DNA of 64,000 nt from the NCBI GenBank assembly GCA_963766715.1, contig CAVYBH010000015.1:352001-416000 (forward strand). The letters run 5' to 3'. Origin of the DNA: an uncultured delta proteobacterium (GTDB lineage Bacteria; Myxococcota; Myxococcia; Myxococcales; Anaeromyxobacteraceae). Under the pieces are notes generated by a model. That model was not told the origin of the DNA and searched no databases. It worked only from the letters and a program-made list of their open reading frames with translations. Numbering within the stretch: position 1 is the stretch's first letter; every line of letters begins with the position of its first letter. This document shows positions 1 through 8,958 of this stretch, piece by piece. The translations under genes and the position numbers were made by a program.

Positions 1-417
1 CTTGCCCGACTCCATGCGCGCCCAGTCGAGGAGCCGCGCGATGAGCGCCGAGAGCCGCTCGGTCTCCTGCGAGATGATGGAGAGCGCCTCGGCCTGCCGC
101 GCCGGGTCCTCGAGCCGCCCGAGCTGGAGGGTCTCGACGAACATGCGGATGCTGGTGAGCGGCGTGCGCAGGTCGTGGGAGACCTTGTTCACGAAGTCGG
201 TCTGCAGCCGCGACAGGTAGGCCTCGCGGTAGAGCACGACCAGCGTGGCGATGGTGCCGATGATGGTGGTGGCCACCAGCGCCAGGATGAGGATGCCGAA
301 GACGTAGTCCTGGACCTGGCGTCCGAAGACCAGGATCAGGATGCCCACGGTGAGCATCATGGCCGCCGGGACGACGACGAAGCCGATGATGAGCGGGTAG
401 AGGCGCCGGAGCTTCAC
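1..417 (-). CDS. Membrane sensor histidine kinase, N-terminal part (runs off window edge)
   Basis: Manual translation from GTG 417: MKLRRLYPLIIGFVVVP..., two hydrophobic helices, then H-box DFVNKVSHDLRTPLTSIRMF. Confidence 0.85.
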   Translation of the reverse strand, partial: MKLRRLYPLIIGFVVVPAAMMLTVGILILVFGRQVQDYVFGILILALVATTIIGTIATLVVLYREAYLSRLQTDFVNKVSHDLRTPLTSIRMFVETLQLGRLEDPARQAEALSIISQETERLSALIARLLDWARMESGK

Positions 418-427
418 GGGGGGCAGT

Positions 428-2359
428 CTAGCGCGGAAGCCCCGGGGGGCATCGGGCGGCCGCGAGCCGCCGCTGCGCCTCCTCCCGGACCTGCGCCGTG
501 GACCGGAGCCGGGCGACGTCCTGCCAGGACGCGCAGGCGTCGGCGAGGCGCCCCAGCCGTTCCTGGGCGACCGCGAGGTTGAAGCGGCGCAGGCCGTCCT
601 CCGGGTCGGCGCGCACGGCCTCCTCGAGCGGCCCGAGGGCCCCGGAGGCGTCGCCGCGCCGGAGCAGCACGGTCCCGAGGAGGTGGAGCGCCTGTCCGTC
701 GCCGGGCCGCACCGCGAGCGCCCTCCGGGCGAGCGCCTCCGCACCGTCCTGGTCTCCCTTCCGGGCCAGCGCGATGGCGAGGTTGACGAGGACGTCGGCG
801 TTCGCCGGGTCGCGGTCGACGCCTCGCCGCAGGGCTTCCTCGGCCTCGTCCCACCGTCCCTGGGAGGCGAGGGCCGCCGACAGGTTCCGCAGGATCATGG
901 CCTCGCTGCGCGGCGCGTCCCCGACCAGCGCGAGCGCCTGCCGGTACTCCCGGATCGCGGCCTCGGGATCCCCGCGCTCGCCGAGCGCGTGGCCGAGGTT
1001 CACGTGCACCCTCGCCTTGCGGGGCGACTTCGCCACCGAGTCGAGCGACATCGCGAGCCGCGTCTCCCAGGCGGCGTTCCGCCGGTGGAGCACGAGCGCG
1101 AGCGCGCACCACAGCCCGATCACGAGCGCGGCGGCGACCGCCGGGCGCCAGCGGAGCCGCGCGACGATCCGCTCTCCCCCCACGCCCACGGCGAGGAAGA
1201 TGCCCAGGGAAGCGAGATAGGTCCGGTGCTCCATGAGCAGGTCGTCGAGCGGCACCACGCTCGAGGTGGGGGAGAGCACGAGGAAGAACCAGAAGAGCCC
1301 GAACGCGGCCACGCGCCCGGCGGCGCCCGCGGCGCTCCACCGCTTGCGCGACCAGGCGAAGAGCGCCCCGGCAAGGGCGACGAGGCCTGCGAGCACCAGG
1401 CCCGAGGCGAGGACGCCGGGGTCCGTGAGGCCCCGGGCGAGCGGCACGTCCCATTCCAGGTTCTGGCCCGCCGGCCAGGCGAGGAGCCGCAGGTAGGTGG
1501 CCACCACCTTCCACTGAGAGAGGAAATAGCGCGCGGGCGACAGCCCGGGCATGTCGAAGCCGGCCGAGACGTTTCCGGCGAGCCCCCGCAGGACGGCGAG
1601 GGCGCCGGCCGCGTCCAGCAGGAGGAGCGGCGCCGCCAGGGCCAGCCGACGGCGCCAGGTGGCGAGGCCCTGCCTTCCCTCCGGGTCGGGCACCATCCAG
1701 GCCAGGAGCAGCCACGCGAGCGGCAGCGTCACCGCGATGGGCTTCGTGCCCACCGCGAGCACGAAGGCGGCGAGTCCGCCGACCCAGGCCGCGAGGCTCC
1801 TCCTCCCGCGACCCGGGCGCTCGGCCTCGAGGAGGAGGAGGAGCGCGAGCAGGTAGAGGCCGGAGGCGAGCGCCTCGGACCGCTGCACCACGTAGCTCAC
1901 CGCCTGGCTCTGCATCGGGTGGAGGGCGAAGAGCCCGGCCACGGCGAGCGCGGTCGCCCTCTCCGAGGCGGCGCCGGCGAGGCGCAGCACCTTGCGGGCG
2001 AACGCGTAGGCCAGGACCACCGCGCCGAGGTGGATGGCGAGGTTCGTCAGGTGGTAGGCGCGCGTCCCGCCCCCGCCGACGGCGTGGTCGAGCGCGAAGG
2101 TGAGGTCGGCGACGGGTCGGCCGCCGCGGAGGATCGAGCCAGGAAGCTGGCGAATCGCGGTGGCGAGGTCGCGGGCGGCCGGGCTGCCCATCACCGCGGA
2201 GAGGTCGTCGAGCTGGAATTCGCCGTCGAGGACTCGGGCGTAGGCGGCCACCGCGAGCAGCAGGGGAACGGCGAGCCACCAGGCGCTTCCGCCGGCGCGC
2301 GCCCCTTCGGACCCGGCCGGGGCGTCCGCTCCCGGGCCTTCTGCCTGCTGTTCTCGCAC
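428..2359 (-). CDS. TMTC-like multi-pass membrane protein with C-terminal TPR repeats (putative GT-C glycosyltransferase)
   Basis: 643 aa; QLDD after first TM helix, GLFALHPMQSQAVSYVVQRSEAL and LMEHRTYLAS resemble TMTC-family motifs; about 5 TPR repeats at the C-terminus. Confidence 0.75.
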   Translation of the reverse strand: MREQQAEGPGADAPAGSEGARAGGSAWWLAVPLLLAVAAYARVLDGEFQLDDLSAVMGSPAARDLATAIRQLPGSILRGGRPVADLTFALDHAVGGGGTRAYHLTNLAIHLGAVVLAYAFARKVLRLAGAASERATALAVAGLFALHPMQSQAVSYVVQRSEALASGLYLLALLLLLEAERPGRGRRSLAAWVGGLAAFVLAVGTKPIAVTLPLAWLLLAWMVPDPEGRQGLATWRRRLALAAPLLLLDAAGALAVLRGLAGNVSAGFDMPGLSPARYFLSQWKVVATYLRLLAWPAGQNLEWDVPLARGLTDPGVLASGLVLAGLVALAGALFAWSRKRWSAAGAAGRVAAFGLFWFFLVLSPTSSVVPLDDLLMEHRTYLASLGIFLAVGVGGERIVARLRWRPAVAAALVIGLWCALALVLHRRNAAWETRLAMSLDSVAKSPRKARVHVNLGHALGERGDPEAAIREYRQALALVGDAPRSEAMILRNLSAALASQGRWDEAEEALRRGVDRDPANADVLVNLAIALARKGDQDGAEALARRALAVRPGDGQALHLLGTVLLRRGDASGALGPLEEAVRADPEDGLRRFNLAVAQERLGRLADACASWQDVARLRSTAQVREEAQRRLAAARCPPGLPR

Positions 2360-2467
2360 GCGGGCAGTCTATCCGCAGCAGGGCCCGGAAATGGAAGGGC
2401 CCGCCACCTCTCGGCAGCGGGCCCACCCATCACGATCCCGGGGGGAGGATCCCCCAGGCTGTTGCCG

Positions 2468-4878
2468 TTACTGGTTCAGCGCGTCGATCTGCGCCTGCGT
2501 CAGGCCGAAGCCGGCGCCGTTGACGGTGGCGTGATCGACGTTCCTGTTCGCGCGGGCCGGGTCCGTGCTCGTGTTGAAGAGGCTCGAGCTGGAGTGGCAG
2601 GCCAGGCAGGTCGCGGCCCACTTGGTGGTGCGGAGGTTGTCCGCGTTGGCGACCGTGTCCGGCCCCGACGTCCGTGGTGGTGCCCCAGGCGGCGACAGCC
2701 GGCTGGCTGTAGGTGTAGGTCACCGGGAAGTCATCCGGATCCGGGGAGATGTGGCAGGCCTGGCAGTTCGCCGGGAAGCCGGGGTAGGTGACGTCTCGGA
2801 AGTCGTTCACGCTGCCGCCGAACCCGTAGATGACGATGTTGGCGCTGTGGATGCCGTGGATCATCGCCTTGAAGTCGATGGTCTCCTGCGACTTCCCGTC
2901 GATCCCGCCGGCGGCCGGCCGACGGGAGATGTCGGTGGCCTCGGTGTTGTGGCACATCGTGCAGACGGCCACGCTGCCGAACGGCAGGGCGACCGAGGGA
3001 GCCTCGGGCGTCCGGTTGGCACCGTGCAGGCTCAGGTCCTCGTGGCAGAGGTTGCACTTCGCCACGTCGACCACCGTGCGACGCACGGAGGCGCTGCCGG
3101 TCACGGCGACCGCCTTGGTCACGTTCTTCACCGGGATGCGGACCGGCGTCGTGATGGAGACGCTCGAGTTCGGGTTGATGACGCCCGGGTGGCCCTCGAT
3201 GGCCACGGTCAGGCTGCCGGTGAGGCCGGCGGGAACCGGCGTCGGCGAGGTCACCGTCACCTGGAAGTCGAGGTGTGTGACGACGCCGGTGTCGAGGACG
3301 TCGATGGAGATGGGCTGACCCGGCGGCGACGGCGTCGCCGACGTTCCGGAAGTCGCAGGTCTGCCAGCCGATGTCGACGAAGAGGCGGCTCGCCCCGCCC
3401 GGCGCGCTGAAGCCCCACGGACCGGTCGTCTGCCCGATGGGGTTCATCGCGCACGAACGGCGCCGCGCCAGTGGCCGAGAAGAGGACGGTCAGCTTCACG
3501 ACCGGGTTCTGGCCGGGGGCCGTGCCCGTCACGCTGTCGATCGTGTACTGGAACTGCTTCGCCGTGTTGGTGGCGAAGATCGTGTCAGCGCTGTTGTGGG
3601 CGATGGCGACGTTCATCTTGGTGGTGTCGGCCGTGTTGTGGCAGGTCGTGCAGTTCGTGGCCGGGGTCACGTTGAACGGGTGGAGCGGCGTGACGTTGCC
3701 GCCCACGTGGCACGAGAAGCAGGCCGTGAAGCTGGGGTTCGTCTGCCAGTCGTCGAGCGGCGCGCCCAGCGCTCCCTGGGCGGTGACGCCCTGGTGGCAG
3801 GTCGTGCAGTTCGCCACGTTCTGCGGGTAGGTGATCTCCGTCGCGACCACGCCGGCGAAGCTGTAGTTCAGGTCCAGCTGCGCGCCGGCGTGCCAGGAGT
3901 GGATCATCACCGACATGTTGCCCGACTGGCCGCCGTTCGACGAGCGCGGGGTCGTGGCAGGTGACGCAGTAGGCCTCGAGGACGCGGCGCCCGTGGATGG
4001 CGAGCCGCTGGTGGCACTGGTTGCAGGCCTGGGTCGAGACGACCGGCGCAACCGGGGTCGGGGCGCCGTCGCCGCCCACGCCGACCGCGGTCGGGGTGAC
4101 GTCGAGGACGCCGTTCGCGAAGAGGAAGCTGTTGCCCGTCTGGATGCCGAAGCGGGTCGGCAGGGTCGGGTCGTAGGTGGTGACGGCGGCGAGGTTCGAC
4201 TTGAACAGGTACGTGTAGGTGCCCGGGCCGGTCCTGGTCAGCGTCCCGACGAGCTGGCCGGTGGTCGCCAGGCAGTTCGGCAGGTTGGTCGCCGCGTTGA
4301 CGCCGCTGCCGCAGCTCCGCTCGGAGCTGTTGTTGAGGTAGTTGAGCCAGAAGGGGTTCTCACCCAGCGACGGGGCGGGCTCGTACGCCGCCACCGTGAA
4401 GTTGAAGGAGGGGATGGGCTGGCTGTTCACCGCCGGGAAATCCATCGGCGCGCAGGTCGGCCGTCGGGGCCGCGGGCGGCGGGGTGCCGGGCGTGCCGCA
4501 GTCGGGGCCCCACACCGTGAAGGCCACCGTGGGCGTCACGAGGGTCGACGCCGGGAAGGAGACGCTGGTGATCTGGATGAGGCCGGTCGCGAGGTCGTCG
4601 CCCGCCCGGAGGTTGTGGATCTCGGCCACGCCCGCGAGCCTGCCGGCGCCGTGGCACACGGTGCACTGCTCGGCGAGCTGGGGCGGGGTGCCTGCCGGGC
4701 CGGTGGGGCCCGTGGCGCCGGTGGCGCCCGGAGCGCCCGGTGCGCCCGGTGCGCCGGTGGCGCCGGTGGCGCCGGTGGGGCCGGGGGCGCCGGCGGGGCC
4801 GGTGCTGCCCGAGCAGGCCGTCAGGCCGATGCCGGCCGCGACCAGCACGGAAAGCGTCATGAGTCTCGACGTTCGCAT
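2468..4878 (-). CDS. OmcA/MtrC-like decaheme c-type cytochrome lipoprotein, copy 1 (about 5 apparent frameshifts)
   Basis: ATG 4878 after AAGGAG; lipobox LTAC; ten motifs across frames: CTVCH, CNQCH, CVTCH, CTTCH, CFSCH, CTTCH, CNLCH, CTMCH, CQACH, CLACH; MtrC-like RRTVVDVAKCNLCH and DFKAMIHGIH; ends LTQAQIDALNQ-TAA. Confidence 0.85.
4684..4809 (-). repeat. Collagen-like (Gly-X-Y)14 coding repeat
   Basis: 9-nt periodic repeat encoding GST GPA GAP GPT GAT GAT GAP GAP GAP GAT GAT GPT GPA GTP. Confidence 0.9.
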
Positions 4879-4972
4879 TTGTGCTTCTCCTTGGAGGGGC
4901 AAGACGTGCTGCGGATGTACCGGGTGGAGCGCTGCGTGCGCTTCACCGCTGGATGAACTGTGGTGGAGTCGC

Positions 4973-5002
4973 AGATTACCCCTTTTCCTCGCGATCCCGG
5001 AA
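4973..5002 (-). promoter_or_regulatory. Putative sigma70-type promoter of decaheme copy 1
   Basis: TTCCGG-N18-TAATCT; the paralog has TTCCCG-N18-TAGTCT at the equivalent position. Confidence 0.5.
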
Positions 5003-5415
5003 TAGGCAACCGCTCTTTGTCGTTGCGGTACACAGTCCGTCACACGCTCCGACGCACCGCGCCACGCGACCTCCGAACCGCCGTTTCACGCGCAAGATTT
5101 TCTGTCCCTCGTCCTGGGCTCGCGCGTCCCCGGATCGTGAAGTTTTCGATTTCACCAATGGTTTAGTGGGAAGGAAATCCGCTGGATAGCGGTCCCCGAT
5201 CCGGTCGGGCACGACGTCCTGGAGCCGGACCCCAGAGCCGTTCCGCCGAAAGGACAGGCCCCTACAGGGGCGGTGCGATGCGCCTTCCGCCCGCAGGACG
5301 TGCGCGCAGGGAGGTGCGCGCCAGTTCGAACATGGTGGACCTGTCAGGTCGTCTTCGTCGGGAGGCCAACGGTCCATCCGCCCCATCAGGGCCCACCCGG
5401 TCGCCGCAGGCCCCG

Positions 5416-5454
5416 AAACGAAAGAGGGCGGAGGCGCTGTCGCGCCCCCGCCCT
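5416..5454 (-). terminator. Rho-independent terminator after decaheme copy 2
   Basis: 13-bp stem AGGGCGGGGGCGC-GACA-GCGCCTCCGCCCT followed by CTTTCGTTT on the minus strand. Confidence 0.7.
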
Positions 5455-5492
5455 GTCATTCACGAGGAGTCGGAGCTCCTCGACGACTCACA

Positions 5493-8119
5493 CTACGGGT
5501 ACGGCAGCGCCGACCCGGCGTCGATGAGCGTCTGGCGGCCGTCTTCGAACGTCGTCGGCACCCAGCTCTGCCCGTACGCGTGGATCTGCCAGCCGAAGTT
5601 GACGGCCGGGACGCCCCACTGGTGGCAGCTCATGCAGGAAGCCGAGGTCGGCCCCTGGAGCACGTCGTTGATCTGGTTGCCGTACGGAGCCGCGCCCGGG
5701 TCGGCCGTCACGCCGACGCCCAGCTCCGGGTTCACGGTGGAGGGCCGCCAGGTGCTGGAGTGGCACGCGTCGCAGCGGTTCAGCGCCGACGGGTAGTCGA
5801 CGATGGTGGCCGTGTGGACCTGCCAGGCGCCGTCGGTGCTGGCGGTGCCGGTCGTGCAGTTGCCCGCCGCGTCGACGCCGGGCTTGTTGCCCGTCGCGAT
5901 GGAGCCGTACACCTTGTAGTAGGTGACGACGGCGCCTTCGGCGTTCTTGCAGGTGACGCCGCCGGTGGTCGGCCAGTGCCGATCGGCGATGTACCCGTCG
6001 AGACCAGCCTGGCTCCCGAAGAAGAAGATGCCGCGGGTCCGGTAGATGACGATCGGCATGTTGGTCTCGCCACCCGCGTGCAGCGCGTGGATGAAGGTCC
6101 GCATGTCGTACGTCTGGCCCGGCTTGCCGTCATAGGCCGTCGTGGCGGTGACGCCGAAGCCCACGCGGACGTTCCCCTCGCTGGACGCCGGGTTGTGGCA
6201 GGCGTCGCAGAGGCTCACGTTGTCGATCCGGTTGCCACCGTGCTGGTAGAGGGAGCCCGTGTGGCAGTTGAGGCACTTGTCGGTGTCGACGATCGTGCGC
6301 CGCGGCGTGGCCGCGGTCCCGTCCGCGAGCTTGTACTCGTAGATCGGGTCCTTGGAGCGGACGAGGATGATCTTCGAGTTGCCCGAGAAGAGGACCTGGG
6401 CCCGGCCCTGGAGGGCCAGGAGGCCCTTGTCGCCGGTCACGGTGTAGGCCTGGTTCGGGATCTTGCTGGTGGCCACGTTGCCCGAGCAGGTCGTGTTGCC
6501 GGTGGTGAGCGTGGTGCTGTAGGGCTGGCCGGGGGAGACGTTCCCGGTCCGGCCGGCGTTCACCCAGTCGTCACCCTGGGACATGCCCTGGAGGAAGCTG
6601 AAGTCGCCCTTGGCCTGGCCGGTCGCCGCGTCGGCGGTGGCCGCGAAGAAGGACGGGTTCCCGGCGGACGCGAGCGCGGCGCAGGGGTTGACCGCCACGT
6701 CGTTGTACTTCGCGTTCCACGTCACCGTGAGGGTGTTGTCGGCGACGGTCACGCTGGCGATCTGCATGTTGACCTTCGCGCCCTCGACGACCGCCTGGTC
6801 GGCGCCGTCCCAGATGAGGCCGCCGCGCTCGGTCAGGAGACCGTTGTGGAAGCCGGCGACCGTCGCGGCAGCGGTGGCGCCGTCGTGGCAGGTGGCGCAC
6901 ACGGACTGCGCGGTGAACTGGTCGTAGGAGCGGTGGAAGGCGAGCGGCGCGCCGAACACCGTATCGGTGAACCCGTCCCAGTTCTGGTGGCAGGACATGC
7001 AGTTCGACCAGCTGACCAGCGCGGTGGCGGCAACCGTCGCGCCCGGCGGCGGTGTCATGGCAGTTGGAGCAGTTGTTCATGTAGCTCGGGAAGCCGATCG
7101 TGAAGGGACCGACCGGGTCGCCGCCCCAGTAGTAGCTGTACTGACCGGTGGGCATGTTCTCCGAGTTGTGGATGCCGTGGATCATCGACATGAAGCCGGT
7201 GCCCGCGCCGGGCTGGGTCGGGACCGTGTTGCTCCCCTTGCGCGCGTGGCAGAAGAGGCAGGCGCTCATGCCCTGGGGGTTCGACGCATCGTGCGGGACG
7301 GCGACGCCGCCGTTGTCCCCGCGCCACACGTGCAGGCCGTGGCAGGCGATGCAGGCCGAGTCGCTCACGATGTTGTTGCTGCGGGTCCCGCCGATGGCCT
7401 GGGCCGTGGTGGCGAACAGGCCGTTCGGGTTGGCGAGGGTGACCTGGAACATCATGCCAGCCGTCGGGATCACCGGGAACGGATTGACGACGGACGGGGC
7501 GATCGGGACGACCGCGGCCCGGGCGGCGGTGTAGTTGATGTTGACGGTGTAGTTGCCCTTGCCGTTGTTGGCGAAGTCGTACGAGGGTCGGCCGCGAACT
7601 TCTGGCGGCACCAGGAGGCCCCGGTCGTTCCACGGCGCGACCTGGTCGGCCGCGTTGGTGCAGTCGGCGGGGTTCGCGAGGTAGACGAGGAAGCCGTCCT
7701 CGTTGTGCGCCGCCGCGATCTGGCCCTTCAGGTTGAAGCTCATGTCGGGCACGCCGTTGTTCGGTGACGTTGAACTTGAGCGATGACGGTGGTGCGTGGT
7801 GACGTCGGAGACCGAGACCGACGTGATCGTCGGGAGGCCGATGGCCGTGACCTTCACGCCGTCCATCAGCTTGGGCGGCGTGCTTCTCGGCGAGGCCGGC
7901 GTCGTGGCAGCCGGCGCACAGCTCGATGTCGCTGAAGACGGAGGCGGGGCCGGTGGCGCCCGTCGCGCCGGTGGCGCCCGTCGCGCCCGTCGCGCCGGTC
8001 GCGCCGGTGGCGCCGGTGGGACCCTGCGGGCCCGTGGGGCCGGTGCTACCCGAGCAGGCCGTCAGGCCGATGCCGGCCGCGACCAACACGGAGAGTGTCA
8101 TGAGCTTCGACGTTCGCAT
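5493..8119 (-). CDS. OmcA/MtrC-like decaheme c-type cytochrome lipoprotein, copy 2 (apparent frameshifts near 7870, 7790 and 7045)
   Basis: ATG 8119 after AAGGAGG; lipobox LTAC; CAGCH, CIACH, CLFCH, CSNCH, CMSCH, CATCH, CLNCH, CDACH, CDACH, CMSCH; RRTIVDTDKCLNCH; MIHGIH. Confidence 0.85.
7943..8050 (-). repeat. Collagen-like (Gly-X-Y)12 coding repeat
   Basis: Encodes GST GPT GPQ GPT (GAT)7 GPA. Confidence 0.9.
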
Positions 8120-8207
8120 TTGTTCTGCCTCCTTGAGGCTGACTTGACTGCGGATGAACCGGATGAACGCTTGCGCGCTTCACTACGGGATGAACTCGTG
8201 GAGAGGG

Positions 8208-8237
8208 AGACTACCCGCTCCATTCGACTTTCGGGAA
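8208..8237 (-). promoter_or_regulatory. Putative sigma70-type promoter of decaheme copy 2
   Basis: TTCCCG-N18-TAGTCT, conserved with copy 1. Confidence 0.5.
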
Positions 8238-8958
8238 AAGACTGTCGGTCCCTGTTGGAGCCTTCCGCGGCGTTCGCCCGTGCCCGTGGGACACTCAGAC
8301 GGGTCGCACGGAAAGCGGCTTGATCACGGGCAAATCCGATGGCGGGCCGGCGACGCGGTTCACGGCGCGTGATATGCGGCGCGCGGCGCACGGCGCGCAG
8401 GATTCGCGCCCCGCCTCGGGGCGACCGCGCACCCGTCCGACGCATCTCGCGCAAAGTTTTCTCCCCCTTCCGGCGCGCCGCGGCTCCCCGTGCAGCTGGC
8501 CAGGCGACGCGGGGCACGGACGATGCTTGAACGGTGCCATCGGCGCGCTCCTCGGGTGCTCGCGGAGCGGACGGAGGGCCGGGAGGCGCGGAGGCGAAGC
8601 GGACGCGTCCGGTCGACTTCACTGAAGGCGAAATTCACTCACAGGCTCAAGCGTCCGGGATATCCGGCGGATACGCCCGGCGGACGCCGGCCTCGAGGAC
8701 GTCCTGGCCGGCTCCTGCGAGGCGCGGCCGGCCCGGCTCACCCGGATGAGGATGTCCTCATGCGCGCCATCCATCGCCGGCGTGGAAGCGCCGACCGCGT
8801 CCCGATCGGGGACGTCCGACGACGGGATCCGCTGCGCCCGGAGTCCGAATCACGGGGCGTTCTCGCCCCATGGTGCATCGGGCACCCACCAGCATCGGGT
8901 GCGTCCATCCGGGTAAGGCGCAGGGTAAGGAACCCCGCGCCGGACGACCCGTCCGGGC

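Noticed and set aside
5120..5200. GEMM (c-di-GMP/cGAMP) riboswitch upstream of decaheme copy 1
   Set aside because: The minus strand has AAACCAUU..GAAA..GGGACGC, but the following AAAGC and P1/P3 pairings are missing, and it lies upstream of the likely promoter.
4684..8050. 9-nt tandem repeats as CRISPR or non-coding VNTR
   Set aside because: No spacers; they are in-frame collagen-like coding repeats.
8512..8539. Overlapping sigma54-like boxes (TGGCACCGTTCAAGCA on -, GGGCACGGACGATGCT on +)
   Set aside because: Weak -12 elements, about 400 bp from the start codon, and no counterpart in the paralog; the conserved sigma70-type promoter is better supported.
8640..8950. Cluster of short palindromes and the GGGTAAGG direct repeat (about 8911-8930)
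   Set aside because: Short GC-rich palindromes are expected by chance; no ORF, terminator or second copy supports a function.
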